Source: an uncultured Bacteroidota bacterium (lineage in GTDB: Bacteria > Bacteroidota > Bacteroidia > Bacteroidales > P3). From it: 64,000 nt of DNA. The position numbers and the translations under genes were made by a program. The notes under the pieces are model-generated. The model saw nothing but the letters and a program-made list of their open reading frames with translations. It ran no database searches and was not told where the DNA came from. The stretch lies in NCBI GenBank assembly GCA_902762805.1, contig CACWPQ010000006.1, positions 64,695 through 128,694 of the forward strand, written 5' to 3'. Shown here piece by piece: positions 1-8,217 of this stretch (positions are counted from its first letter, which is position 1; each line of letters opens with the position of its first letter).

Positions 1-76
1 GGAATTCGACGATGGTGTAGATGTCGTTGTTGAAATTGATGCAAAGTCCGTTCTTGATATCTGCGGTTGTTGCCAT
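1..76 (-). CDS. efp: Elongation factor P, N-terminal fragment (gene runs off the window edge)
   Basis: Reverse strand from 76 reads MATTADIKNGLCINFNNDIYTIVEF, the conserved EF-P N-terminus (DIKNG...Y.IVEF). Not in the ORF track because it is cut by the window edge. Confidence 0.8.
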   Translation of the reverse strand, partial: MATTADIKNGLCINFNNDIYTIVEF

Positions 77-93
77 AAAATGAATGATGTTTA

Positions 94-363
94 TTATTTA
101 TTGTTGTTGTTTTTCTTTTTTTCCTCGGCCAGCAGCTGTGTGAGGCGGCGCAAGTCGGCCTGCAGTTGGTCAATCTCCTCGTCGGCCGACTTGGCACGGT
201 GGCGCTCCATCAACCACCGCATGGCCACAGCCATGGTTACCAACACCATAGTCATCGACAGGCGCATCTGGTTGTCTTTCAGCATGAAGAAAACTACCGT
301 AGCTCCCAAAATCAATATATAGGAGGCTATCTCGTATAGGCGTATGGCTGTTTTGTGGCTCAT
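94..363 (-). CDS. Small membrane protein with charged coiled-coil tail (hypothetical)
   Basis: ORF 94..390. ATG at 363 is preferred because a TAnnTTTG box (388..395, minus) lies just upstream. Two hydrophobic helices, then a charged tail ending EEKKKNNNNK. Stop is 17 nt upstream of the efp start. Confidence 0.55.
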   Translation of the reverse strand: MSHKTAIRLYEIASYILILGATVVFFMLKDNQMRLSMTMVLVTMAVAMRWLMERHRAKSADEEIDQLQADLRRLTQLLAEEKKKNNNNK

Positions 364-387
364 GATGTCGGACGATTTTTGAGGGTG

Positions 388-395
388 CAAAGATA
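388..395 (-). promoter_or_regulatory. Bacteroidetes -7 promoter box (TATCTTTG on minus strand)
   Basis: Plus strand caaagata equals TATCTTTG on the minus strand, in the context gtgcgTATCTTTGCAccc, about 25 nt upstream of the ATG at 363. Confidence 0.45.
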
Positions 396-467
396 CGCAC
401 TTTTTTTGAATTGGCGAATATTTTTTTCACCTGCCATGCCGGAAAGCGGGCGGGACGGCAGGGGAAC

Positions 468-551
468 TCTAGGGGAACGGTAGGGGAATACTAGGGTCTT
501 TTCCCATTATTACCCACCGATGGGAAAATAGGGATACTTTGGCTTGTCGGG
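468..551 (+). repeat. REP/MITE-like dispersed element, copy 1
   Basis: ggcaggggaactctaggggaacggtaggggaatactagggtcttttcccattattacccaccgatgggaaaatagggatactttgg. Same architecture as the copies at 13606, 21215, 30100 and 33951. Confidence 0.6.
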
Positions 552-606
552 TTCCGGAGAGCGGGCTTCCGGGGGTGAAAAAAAACGCCGATTGTGAAAA
601 AAGTTG

Positions 607-614
607 TATCTTTG
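607..614 (+). promoter_or_regulatory. -7 promoter box TATCTTTG for the M1 peptidase gene
   Basis: aaaaaagttgTATCTTTGCAt lies 21 nt upstream of the ATG at 635. The module is nearly identical to the one at 30226. Confidence 0.5.
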
Positions 615-634
615 CATTTTAAAACACTGGCAAA

Positions 635-2929
635 ATGCGACTGAAAAGACTGTGGACTGCGGCACTCATCCTGCTGTGCTGCAATACGATAAAGGCCCAG
701 ACCGCCGACTCGGTGGATGTGCTGGACTACGACCTGCGGCTCGACCTGAGCCAGGAGGCCCCCTTTGGCGGAGACGCCACGCTGACGCTCAAACTGTTGC
801 GTCCATGCGCGACGATAGCGTTGCGGCTGTACGGCACGCTGGACTCGGCCGAGGTGGACGGCGTGCGGGTGGAGGATGCCAGCCTGGCGGCCCTGCCGAC
901 AGCGGGCATCGCTGCGGGGCGCGAGTTCACGATCCGCCTTTGGTACAAGGGGCGCGGATATGTGGAGCCGGCCAGCGGCAACGAGTGGGGGGGCTTCCAT
1001 TTCGACCGCACGATGAGCTACAACCTGGGCGTGGGCTTCAGCACCGACCCGCACTGCCTGGGGCGCGCGGTGTTCCCCTGCCGCGACAATTTCCACGACA
1101 AGGCGACCTACACGCTGCGTGTGAAGACGAAGGCTGGGTGGAGCGCGGAATGCGGCGGGATGCTGCAGGGGCGCACGGTGGCGGAGGACGGCACGGAGGA
1201 GAGTGTGTGGCGCATTGCGCAGCCGACGCCGACCTACCTTGTCTCGGTCAGCCAGGCCCAGGGCTACACCCGCATCCACGACACCATCGCTTCGCTCCAC
1301 GGCGACTATCCGCTGACGCTGGGCTACCAGAACCGCGACAGCATAAGGGTGCGCGATGCTTTTGCGCAGCTGGACTCGGTGGTGCCGCAGTTCGAGCGCT
1401 GCTTCGGCCCCTACCGCTGGGGTCGCATCGGATATATCGCCACGCGCAAGGGTTCGATGGAGCACGTGAACAACATAGCGCTGGCGACGGGTTTCATGAC
1501 CTCGACCGAGGAGCATGCGCAGAGCACGATAGCCCACGAGCTGGGGCACGCGTGGTTCGGCAACCTGGTGACCTGCGCGACGGAGGCCGACATGTGGATC
1601 AACGAGGGCGGTGCGTCGTTCACGAGCGAGGTGGCGATGGAGAGCGTGAAGGGGCGCGCGGCGTCGGACGACTACTACCAGCGCAACCTGGAGAGCGTCA
1701 TCCGCACGACCCACCTCACCGACGGCGCCTACCGCCCCCTGAGCCCTATGCCGCACTCCCACACCTACGGCTCGACGACCTACAACAAGGGGTGGATGGT
1801 GTGGCACTCGCTGCGAGGCTACCTGGGCGAGGAGCGCTTCTATGCCGCCCTGCAGAGGCTGATGGAGCGGTGCGCCTACGGCAATATCGACTCCTACGGC
1901 CTGCGCGACTCGCTGAGCGCCTACACGGGCGAGGACCTGACCGACTTCTTCGACTTCCACGTCTTCGGGCGCGGATTTGCGGACTTCTATGTCACCAACA
2001 CCTCCGGCGACGGCGCATGCCTGACCAACAGTGTGGACCTGACGGTACGCCAGCAGTCGGTGGGCGGCGATGCGCTTATGCAGTCGACGCGTGTGCCGGT
2101 AACCTTCTTCTCGGAGACGGGCGACACGGCGAAGCGATGGTTCACCGCCGAAGGCGAGAGCTTCGAGACGGTCATGAGGCTCCCCTTCACGCCGGCTTTC
2201 TATGTGCTGGACTACGACAAAGAGATTTCCGATGCCGCCACCGTGGGCGAGGCGCACCTGACGGGTGGGAATACAACCAGCCGCATCAACCATGCCCACA
2301 TAGCCCTCAGCGCCGGGGCGGTGGCCGACGTGTACGTGGAGCACCACTGGGGGTCGCCCTACGGCGAGCGCCCCTACGGCGCACAGCGCATGGCACAGCG
2401 CTACTGGCTGCTGCGCGGCGTGTGGGGCAAGGAGGCGGCCGTGCAGGGCCGGTTCCGCTACGCACGCAACGGCACCTACACGCAGCTCGACCATGGCTTC
2501 CTCCCGCTGGCCTCCGATGTGGACTCGCTGGCGCTGCTCTACCGCTCGGCACCCAACAGCCCGTGGCAATTGCTGTCGCTCACCCGCGAAGGCAACGCCA
2601 CCGAAGGCTTCCTGGTGGCCGACAGCCTGCTGCCGGGCGAGTACACGCTGGCGGTGGTGGACAGTGTCCGCATCGGCATCGAGGACGCCATACCCGTCGA
2701 AGCCAACCTCTTCCCCAACCCCCTGAAGCAGGGGCAGGCGCTGGCCGTCGAGGTGCCGACCGAGGCGCCATTCACGGTGGCCATTTTCGACGCCGAGGGG
2801 CGCGCGGTGTGGCGGAAAGAGGGGGTGGTGAGCGGCCAGAAACTGTTGCCCAGCCTGGAAAGTGGCAATTACATTGTCCGAATTGAAAATAAATTCCTAT
2901 CTTTGCACTCGAAATTGATTGTACTATGA
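635..2929 (+). CDS. M1-family zinc aminopeptidase with T9SS (Por) C-terminal sorting domain
   Basis: Signal peptide MRLKRLWTAALILLCCNTIKAQ. Motif HELGHAWFGN...WINEGGASF is HEXXH-X18-E. C-terminus NLFPNPLKQG...GNYIVRIENKFLSLHSKLIVL is a type-A T9SS CTD. Confidence 0.9.
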   Translation: MRLKRLWTAALILLCCNTIKAQTADSVDVLDYDLRLDLSQEAPFGGDATLTLKLLRPCATIALRLYGTLDSAEVDGVRVEDASLAALPTAGIAAGREFTIRLWYKGRGYVEPASGNEWGGFHFDRTMSYNLGVGFSTDPHCLGRAVFPCRDNFHDKATYTLRVKTKAGWSAECGGMLQGRTVAEDGTEESVWRIAQPTPTYLVSVSQAQGYTRIHDTIASLHGDYPLTLGYQNRDSIRVRDAFAQLDSVVPQFERCFGPYRWGRIGYIATRKGSMEHVNNIALATGFMTSTEEHAQSTIAHELGHAWFGNLVTCATEADMWINEGGASFTSEVAMESVKGRAASDDYYQRNLESVIRTTHLTDGAYRPLSPMPHSHTYGSTTYNKGWMVWHSLRGYLGEERFYAALQRLMERCAYGNIDSYGLRDSLSAYTGEDLTDFFDFHVFGRGFADFYVTNTSGDGACLTNSVDLTVRQQSVGGDALMQSTRVPVTFFSETGDTAKRWFTAEGESFETVMRLPFTPAFYVLDYDKEISDAATVGEAHLTGGNTTSRINHAHIALSAGAVADVYVEHHWGSPYGERPYGAQRMAQRYWLLRGVWGKEAAVQGRFRYARNGTYTQLDHGFLPLASDVDSLALLYRSAPNSPWQLLSLTREGNATEGFLVADSLLPGEYTLAVVDSVRIGIEDAIPVEANLFPNPLKQGQALAVEVPTEAPFTVAIFDAEGRAVWRKEGVVSGQKLLPSLESGNYIVRIENKFLSLHSKLIVL
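2898..2905 (+). promoter_or_regulatory. Possible internal -7 box TATCTTTG upstream of 2926 gene
   Basis: cctATCTTTGCActc inside the 3' end of the peptidase gene, 21 nt before the ATG at 2926. Confidence 0.35.
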
Positions 2930-3546
2930 CCCGTATAAAGACCCTCCTCCTAGTGGCCCTGGCGGCCTTGGCGCTGAACGCCTCGGCGCAGTACACGCAG
3001 CTGGGCAAGAAGAACGAATTCATGCTCAAGATCGAAGGCGGCTATGCCCCCTTTGTGGGCCATATCGGCGAAGCCGACAACTACGGCTACCCGCTCCCCA
3101 AGAGCTACCACGGAGCCGACATCGACGTGATGGCCGGCATCAACATCAGCCAGGACTGGTTCCTCGGCGGCGGCGCAGGCTTCGGCTATTACTTCTCGAA
3201 CCACGACGACACGCCGTCGATGATGGGCGCCAAGGTATTTGCGGACATGGACTTCCGCCCCATCTGGAAGTCGGTCATGGGCAAGGACTACCAGCCCAAG
3301 TCGATCAAGTGGGCCCCCGAGGTGGGCGTCCGCCTGGGCGGCAGCATCCTGCTGGACCACCCCGTCGAGGGCACCCTCTTCTCGCCCCTGGCCGAGGTCT
3401 ACGGCGGTGTGAACTGGTACTACTGGTACCACTTCAACGGCATGCGCAACATGACGCGCAACTGGTCGAGTTTCTACCTCACCGCGGGCGTGGCCTACCT
3501 CCACAAGACAGTGTTTTTCCCCATACGTATAGGTTGGAGGTGGTAA
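2926..3546 (+). CDS. Secreted / outer-membrane beta-barrel-like hypothetical protein
   Basis: Signal peptide MTRIKTLLLVALAALALNASAQ. Gly/aromatic-rich alternating pattern, terminal aromatic residues (IRIGWRW). ATGA overlap with the upstream gene. Confidence 0.65.
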   Translation: MTRIKTLLLVALAALALNASAQYTQLGKKNEFMLKIEGGYAPFVGHIGEADNYGYPLPKSYHGADIDVMAGINISQDWFLGGGAGFGYYFSNHDDTPSMMGAKVFADMDFRPIWKSVMGKDYQPKSIKWAPEVGVRLGGSILLDHPVEGTLFSPLAEVYGGVNWYYWYHFNGMRNMTRNWSSFYLTAGVAYLHKTVFFPIRIGWRW

Positions 3547-3550
3547 GCAG

Positions 3551-3895
3551 ATGCAGACAGTACGACAGAACAAGATTTGCAGCCTCATCCAGCAGGATCT
3601 GGGCGACATCTTCCTGCGGGAGATGAAGCCGGTGCTGGGCAATTCGCTCATCACCGTGACGCGAGTCCGCATCACGCCCGACCTCTCCATCGCGCGCGCG
3701 CACCTATCTATCATGCCCATCGGCGGGGCGAAGCAGGAGGACATCATGGACCTCATCGAGCAGAACCGCAGCGACATCCGCCGCCGCCTCGGCCTGCGCG
3801 AGGGCAAGCAACTGCGCATCATTCCGCAGCTGGAGTTCTACCTCGACGACTCGCTCGACTACATCGAGAACATCGAGCGCCTGCTCAAACAATAG
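3551..3895 (+). CDS. rbfA: Ribosome-binding factor A
   Basis: 114 aa. RQNKICSLIQQDLGDIF...VTRVRITPDLSIARAHLSI matches the RbfA pattern. Confidence 0.88.
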   Translation: MQTVRQNKICSLIQQDLGDIFLREMKPVLGNSLITVTRVRITPDLSIARAHLSIMPIGGAKQEDIMDLIEQNRSDIRRRLGLREGKQLRIIPQLEFYLDDSLDYIENIERLLKQ

Positions 3896-3898
3896 CCG

Positions 3899-5104
3899 AT
3901 GCGCATCGAAGGGCTCATCGCGGTGCGCTACCTCTTCGCCCGCCGGCAACGGTCGGTGGTGAACATCATTTCGTGGATTTCGCTCGTCGGGCTGATGGTC
4001 AGCACGGCGGCGCTGATTATAGTCCTCTCGGTCTACAACGGCATCGGCGAGCTGACCAAGAGCCTATTCAACACGTTCGATCCCGAGCTCGTCGTCGAGC
4101 CGGCCGAGGGCAAGACCTTCCGCCTGACGGAGATCCCCTACAGCACGATTGCGGGCGCCGAAGGGGTGGCCGAGGTGGTGCCGCTGGCCAGCGAGTCGGC
4201 CTGGATTACCTACAGCGACCAGCAGGCCATCGTCACCCTCCGCGGCGTCGGCGAGGGCTACGCGCGCCTCACCGGCCTCGACACCCTGCTGGCCGACGGG
4301 CGCTACGACATCTCCGACCACAGCCTCATTCTCGGCGGCGAGATATTCCACCGCCTCGGCATGCGCATCCCCTCCCCCACCCCGGCCACCGTCCACATCC
4401 CCAAGCGCGGCACCACCAGCCTCGGCATGACCATGGACGAGGCCTTCAACATCGCCTATGCCTACCCCGCGGCCAACTTCTTCATCCAGCAGGACATCGA
4501 CCGGCGCTACGTGGTGACCGACATCGCGCTGGTGCGCCGACTGATGGACTACGCGCCCGACGAGTGCACCGCCCTCGCCCTGCGCCTGGCGCACGGGGCC
4601 GACGCGGCCAAGGTGAAGCGTGAGCTCAACTCCTCACTCCTCACTCCTCACTCCCCACTCCTCATCAAAGACCGCTACGACCAGCAGCCGCTCTATTTCA
4701 AGGTGTTCCGCACCGAGCGGCTCGGCATCTACCTCATACTCTCGCTCATCGTGCTCATCTCGACGCTGAGCCTCGTGGCGTCGCTCTCGCTGCTGATTAT
4801 CAACAAGCGCGGCGACATCTTCATGCTGCGCAGCATGGGCATGACGGCGCGGCAGGTGCGCCGCTCGTTCCTGGCCGAGGGGCTGCTCATCTGTGCCGTG
4901 GCCGTGGCGGCGGGACTGCTGATTGGCTTCGTGGTCTGCTTCCTGCAGCAACAATTCGGCCTTATCCGCATGGGCGACGGCAACTTCGTGGTGGAAGCCT
5001 TCCCCGTGGCCATGCGTGCACAGGATTTCCTCTGGACCTTCCTGCTGGTGATGGTCCTGAGCTCGCTCTCGGTCGCCCTTACAGTCCGCAGGGCCCGAAT
5101 CTGA
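3899..5104 (+). CDS. FtsX-like ABC transporter permease (LolC/E family)
   Basis: N-terminus IAVRYLFARRQRSVVNIISWISLVGLMVSTAALIIVLSVYNG. Large periplasmic loop and three C-terminal TM helices. The rbfA-adjacent position is typical of Bacteroidales. Confidence 0.85.
   Translation: MRIEGLIAVRYLFARRQRSVVNIISWISLVGLMVSTAALIIVLSVYNGIGELTKSLFNTFDPELVVEPAEGKTFRLTEIPYSTIAGAEGVAEVVPLASESAWITYSDQQAIVTLRGVGEGYARLTGLDTLLADGRYDISDHSLILGGEIFHRLGMRIPSPTPATVHIPKRGTTSLGMTMDEAFNIAYAYPAANFFIQQDIDRRYVVTDIALVRRLMDYAPDECTALALRLAHGADAAKVKRELNSSLLTPHSPLLIKDRYDQQPLYFKVFRTERLGIYLILSLIVLISTLSLVASLSLLIINKRGDIFMLRSMGMTARQVRRSFLAEGLLICAVAVAAGLLIGFVVCFLQQQFGLIRMGDGNFVVEAFPVAMRAQDFLWTFLLVMVLSSLSVALTVRRARI
4625..4666 (+). 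repeat. Heptanucleotide tandem repeat (CCTCACT)x~6 inside the permease CDS
   Basis: ctcaact cctcact cctcact cctcact ccccact cctcatc, translated as ELNSSLLTPHSPLLIK. Confidence 0.85.
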
Positions 5105-5155
5105 ATGTCAAAATCTCCGCATTAGGATGGCGGATGAGGAGGGTTGCTTTCCGTG

Positions 5156-6223
5156 CTATAATATACACTTCACGCGGAAGCCGCGAGTGGTGGGCTCTTC
5201 AACAATCTCCTGGCATAGCGGACGGAGCGAGTCCTTCACCTCGCCGATGAACGATTGCTGCACCCCCTCCTTCATGAAGTCGAGCGCCACGATTTCCGAC
5301 ATCTCGCTGTAGGTCAGGCGCAGGGTGTAGGGATAGCGCGACGCCATCACCGACCCGGTCATGAAGTCCACAATCTTGTCCGCCGCCTCGCGCTTGGCGG
5401 CGATGTTGTATTTGTTGCAGAAAGCGGCCATCTGCGTGTGGATGCCCAGCATGTCGTAGTCCGCGCCGTCCACCTCGAACACCAGTTTGTGGATGCGCTG
5501 CACGAACTGCTTGGTGGCGCTGTGCACGGGGTTTTCAAATATCTGCTGCGGCGTGCCGTCCTCGTAGATGATGCCCTCGTTCATGAAGAAGATACGCGTG
5601 CTGACGTCGCGCGCGAACTTCATCTCGTGGGTGACGATGAGCATGGTCATGCCTTCGGAGGCCAGCTGTCGCATGACGCTCAGCACCTCGCCCACCATGG
5701 TGGGGTCGAGGGCGGAGGTGGGTTCGTCGAAGAGGATCACCTCGGGGTGCATGGCCAGGCAGCGGGCTATGGCCACGCGCTGCTTCTGTCCGCCGGAGAG
5801 GTCGCTTGGCATGGCGCCGGCCTTCTCGCCCATGCCCACCTTGCGCAGCAGCGTCATGGCTTCGGCCTCGGCCTCGGCGCGCGCGGTGCCGCGCAGCTTC
5901 ATCGGGGCGTAGGTCACGTTGTCGAGGATGCTCAGGTGCTCGAAGAGGTTGAAGCTCTGGAACACCATGCCCATCTTCTGACGCATTTTGTTGAGGGGGT
6001 ACCCTTTGGCCAGGATGTTCTCGCCGTCGAAGATGATTTCGCCGCCGGTGGGCGGGTCGAGCAGGTTGAGGGCGCGCAGGAAGGTGCTCTTGCCGGTGCC
6101 CGAGGGGCCTATGATGCTGATGACCTCGCCGCGCTGGATGTCGCAGTTGACATCTTTCAGCACTTTGAATATCGACCCGTCGGGGTTCACAAACTGTTTG
6201 CTCAGGTGCTTTATGGTGATCAT
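5156..6223 (-). CDS. Polar amino-acid ABC transporter ATP-binding protein with ~110-aa C-terminal extension
   Basis: Walker A GPSGTGKST, signature LSGGQKQRVAIAR, Walker B ILFDEPTSALDP. GlnQ/ArtP-like. An extra C-terminal domain follows residue ~245. Confidence 0.9.
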   Translation of the reverse strand: MITIKHLSKQFVNPDGSIFKVLKDVNCDIQRGEVISIIGPSGTGKSTFLRALNLLDPPTGGEIIFDGENILAKGYPLNKMRQKMGMVFQSFNLFEHLSILDNVTYAPMKLRGTARAEAEAEAMTLLRKVGMGEKAGAMPSDLSGGQKQRVAIARCLAMHPEVILFDEPTSALDPTMVGEVLSVMRQLASEGMTMLIVTHEMKFARDVSTRIFFMNEGIIYEDGTPQQIFENPVHSATKQFVQRIHKLVFEVDGADYDMLGIHTQMAAFCNKYNIAAKREAADKIVDFMTGSVMASRYPYTLRLTYSEMSEIVALDFMKEGVQQSFIGEVKDSLRPLCQEIVEEPTTRGFRVKCIL

Positions 6224-7701
6224 TTCTTTGTGTTTTTAACGGTGAGGTCGAGCGCCTTGCCCAGCAGCCAGGCCAGGATGAAGTAGATGATGGTGATGAG
6301 CAGCAGGGGGAAGAAGGCGTCGAAGGTGCGGTTGCGGATCATGTCGCTGGCGCGCGTGAGGTCCTGGATGGCAATGTAGCCCACGATGGAGGTGTTCTTC
6401 ACCAGCGACACCGCCTCGCCCTTGTAGACGGGCATCACGTTGCGCAGCGCCTGCGGAGCCACGATGTAGGCGAAGGTCTGCCAGCGGGTGAAGCCGATGG
6501 CCAGGCCCGCCTCGGTCTGCCCGTGGCTGACCGACGAGATGGCCGTGCGGAACATCTCGCTCACGTAGGCCGCGAAGTTCAGCGCGAAGGACACCACCGC
6601 CACCGCCGTGGCGCTCAGCCCCGTGCCGGAAAGGACCACGTAGAACATGATCATCAGGAACACCAGCATCGGTATGCCGCGCATGATGTCCACATACACC
6701 TTGGCAGTGGTGCTCACCCAGCGCCTTCTGCTCATGCGCATCCAGCACACGCCGGCGCCCAGCAGCGTCCCCAGCAGGATGGAGAAGAGGGAAATCTTGA
6801 CCGTCTCCCAGAGACCCTCGACAATGTAGCGCCAGCGCTCTTCAACAACGAGATTGGTGTGGAACGACTGCTTGATGCTCCCCCAGAAGCCCAGCTTGTG
6901 TCCTCCGTCCTCCGACTTCACAAAATAGCCCGGATAGGCGTAGTAGTGGACCGACGAGAAGTCGATCGTCTTCTGTCGCTCCTCGGTGACGAAGATGCCG
7001 CCGCACATGATGTCGATATTGCCCGACTGCAACGCGGTTGCGGCCGTGGTGAAGTTCATGTAGACAATATCCACCGGCCGCCCGGCGTAGCGGCTGAAGC
7101 GCTGCAACAACTCGGGTTCGAATCCGTGCCAGCTTTTTCCGACAGGGAAGCCTATGGGAGGAATATTGACCGCTATGCCCACAACAACAGGCTTCCCCTC
7201 GGGCATCGGGCCGAGGTCGGGCATCGGCACCCGCGACGGCGTGTCGCACACGAACCACCGGTCGTACATCGTCTGCAACTCGCCCGTGGAACGCAGCGAA
7301 TCGATGAAACGGTTGAGCACCTCGCGCACCTCCACCCGCTCGGGGTCGCCCTTGCGGAAGCAGAAAGCGCAGGCGAAGCGCTCCTTGCCGCGGAAGGCCA
7401 GCTTGATGCCGATGCGCGCCATCTCCTCGGGCGACATGAAGGTGTCGTCTTCCACCTGCACATCCACCTTGCCGCGCACCAGCGCCTCGGAGCCGTCGCT
7501 CTGCATATTGAAACTCATCTTCGTGATGTCGGTACGCGGGGCAAGCATCATCTCGTAGATACCCCCCGAGGTGTAGCACACCCGCAGGCCAGCCAAGTCT
7601 GCCTCGCTCCGCAACTCGCGGCCTTCCAGGCCGCCGTCCTTCTGGCATGCGGTCAGCACAAAGACCAGCATACCCAACAAATATAATAGTTTCTTTTTCA
7701 A
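6220..7701 (-). CDS. Fused amino-acid ABC substrate-binding domain(s) plus permease (lipoprotein)
   Basis: TTG at 7701 gives (M)KKKLLYLLGMLVFVLTAC, a lipobox; the alternative ATG is at 7671. SBP family-3-like halves precede a HisM/GlnP-type permease (MRGIPMLVFLMI...EAGLAIGF). ATGA overlap with the ATPase gene. The track start at 7869 is an unlikely upstream extension. Confidence 0.8.
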   Translation of the reverse strand: MKKKLLYLLGMLVFVLTACQKDGGLEGRELRSEADLAGLRVCYTSGGIYEMMLAPRTDITKMSFNMQSDGSEALVRGKVDVQVEDDTFMSPEEMARIGIKLAFRGKERFACAFCFRKGDPERVEVREVLNRFIDSLRSTGELQTMYDRWFVCDTPSRVPMPDLGPMPEGKPVVVGIAVNIPPIGFPVGKSWHGFEPELLQRFSRYAGRPVDIVYMNFTTAATALQSGNIDIMCGGIFVTEERQKTIDFSSVHYYAYPGYFVKSEDGGHKLGFWGSIKQSFHTNLVVEERWRYIVEGLWETVKISLFSILLGTLLGAGVCWMRMSRRRWVSTTAKVYVDIMRGIPMLVFLMIMFYVVLSGTGLSATAVAVVSFALNFAAYVSEMFRTAISSVSHGQTEAGLAIGFTRWQTFAYIVAPQALRNVMPVYKGEAVSLVKNTSIVGYIAIQDLTRASDMIRNRTFDAFFPLLLITIIYFILAWLLGKALDLTVKNTKK

Positions 7702-7823
7702 AACAGTATAATGTATTACATTAATAAAAAGAAAGTGCAAATATACAGCTTTTTCATAAAAACAGGTTCTTTTTTTATTTTTTTTAACCAAACCGGACAG
7801 CCAGCTGCCGGGTCGGGGCGAAA

Positions 7824-7868
7824 TGTTAATACATGTTAATGGAGGGGTGCCATTAACATGTATTAACA
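7824..7868. promoter_or_regulatory. Perfect 19-bp inverted repeat (candidate operator) built from 10-bp-phased GTTAAT half-sites
   Basis: tgttaatacatgttaatgg-aggggtg-ccattaacatgtattaaca, in the divergent intergenic region between the ABC operon and the 8218 gene. No flanking T-run. Confidence 0.5.
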
Positions 7869-7890
7869 CAAACGTTAAATTCTCCTCTCA

Positions 7891-7932
7891 AGGCCGAACT
7901 ATTACCCTACCATTACCCTAGAAAACCCCTCC
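7891..7932 (-). repeat. REP/MITE-like element, truncated copy (TAGGG-box half only)
   Basis: Reverse complement ggaggggttttctagggtaatggtagggtaatagttcggcct matches the 5' half of the 30100 copy. The hairpin half is absent. Confidence 0.45.
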
Positions 7933-8217
7933 AAATGTAGACAGGAAGCCCGTTTTGAGAAATCGCCTTTGCAACACACTGTATTCCAGCCCACTGCAAA
8001 CACCCCTTCTCACCACTTTTGGTATTTTAACAAATTCTAACCATTTTTCATACACATCACCAATTTTCATAACAAATGTTAATCTAACGCTTTTTTGCAA
8101 AAACATAGACTCTACAAATCAAGCATGCCTGTCCGCGGCATTGCTCCAGCCGGAATCGACATTTTTTTCATCCCGCATGTCAGATTTTGCCGAAAAGGTG
8201 GGTATGTAATATGCAGA

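Noticed and set aside
491-2569. 692-aa ORF antisense to the M1 peptidase gene. Similar long shadow ORFs are 9497-11887(-), 14598-16331(+), 25587-28403(+), 44338-46332(-), 48613-50631(+), 50693-52870(+) and many 100-400-aa ORFs rich in R/A/G/P/H.
   Set aside because: They lie opposite or out of frame to ORFs with clear family motifs. Their composition is Arg/Ala/Gly/Pro-rich low complexity, typical of non-coding frames in high-GC DNA, and they lack recognisable motifs.
7702-7869. N-terminal 56-aa extension of the SBP-permease ORF (track start at 7869)
   Set aside because: The extension crosses the AT-rich promoter region and the 19-bp palindrome. A lipoprotein signal peptide begins at 7701 (TTG) or 7671 (ATG).
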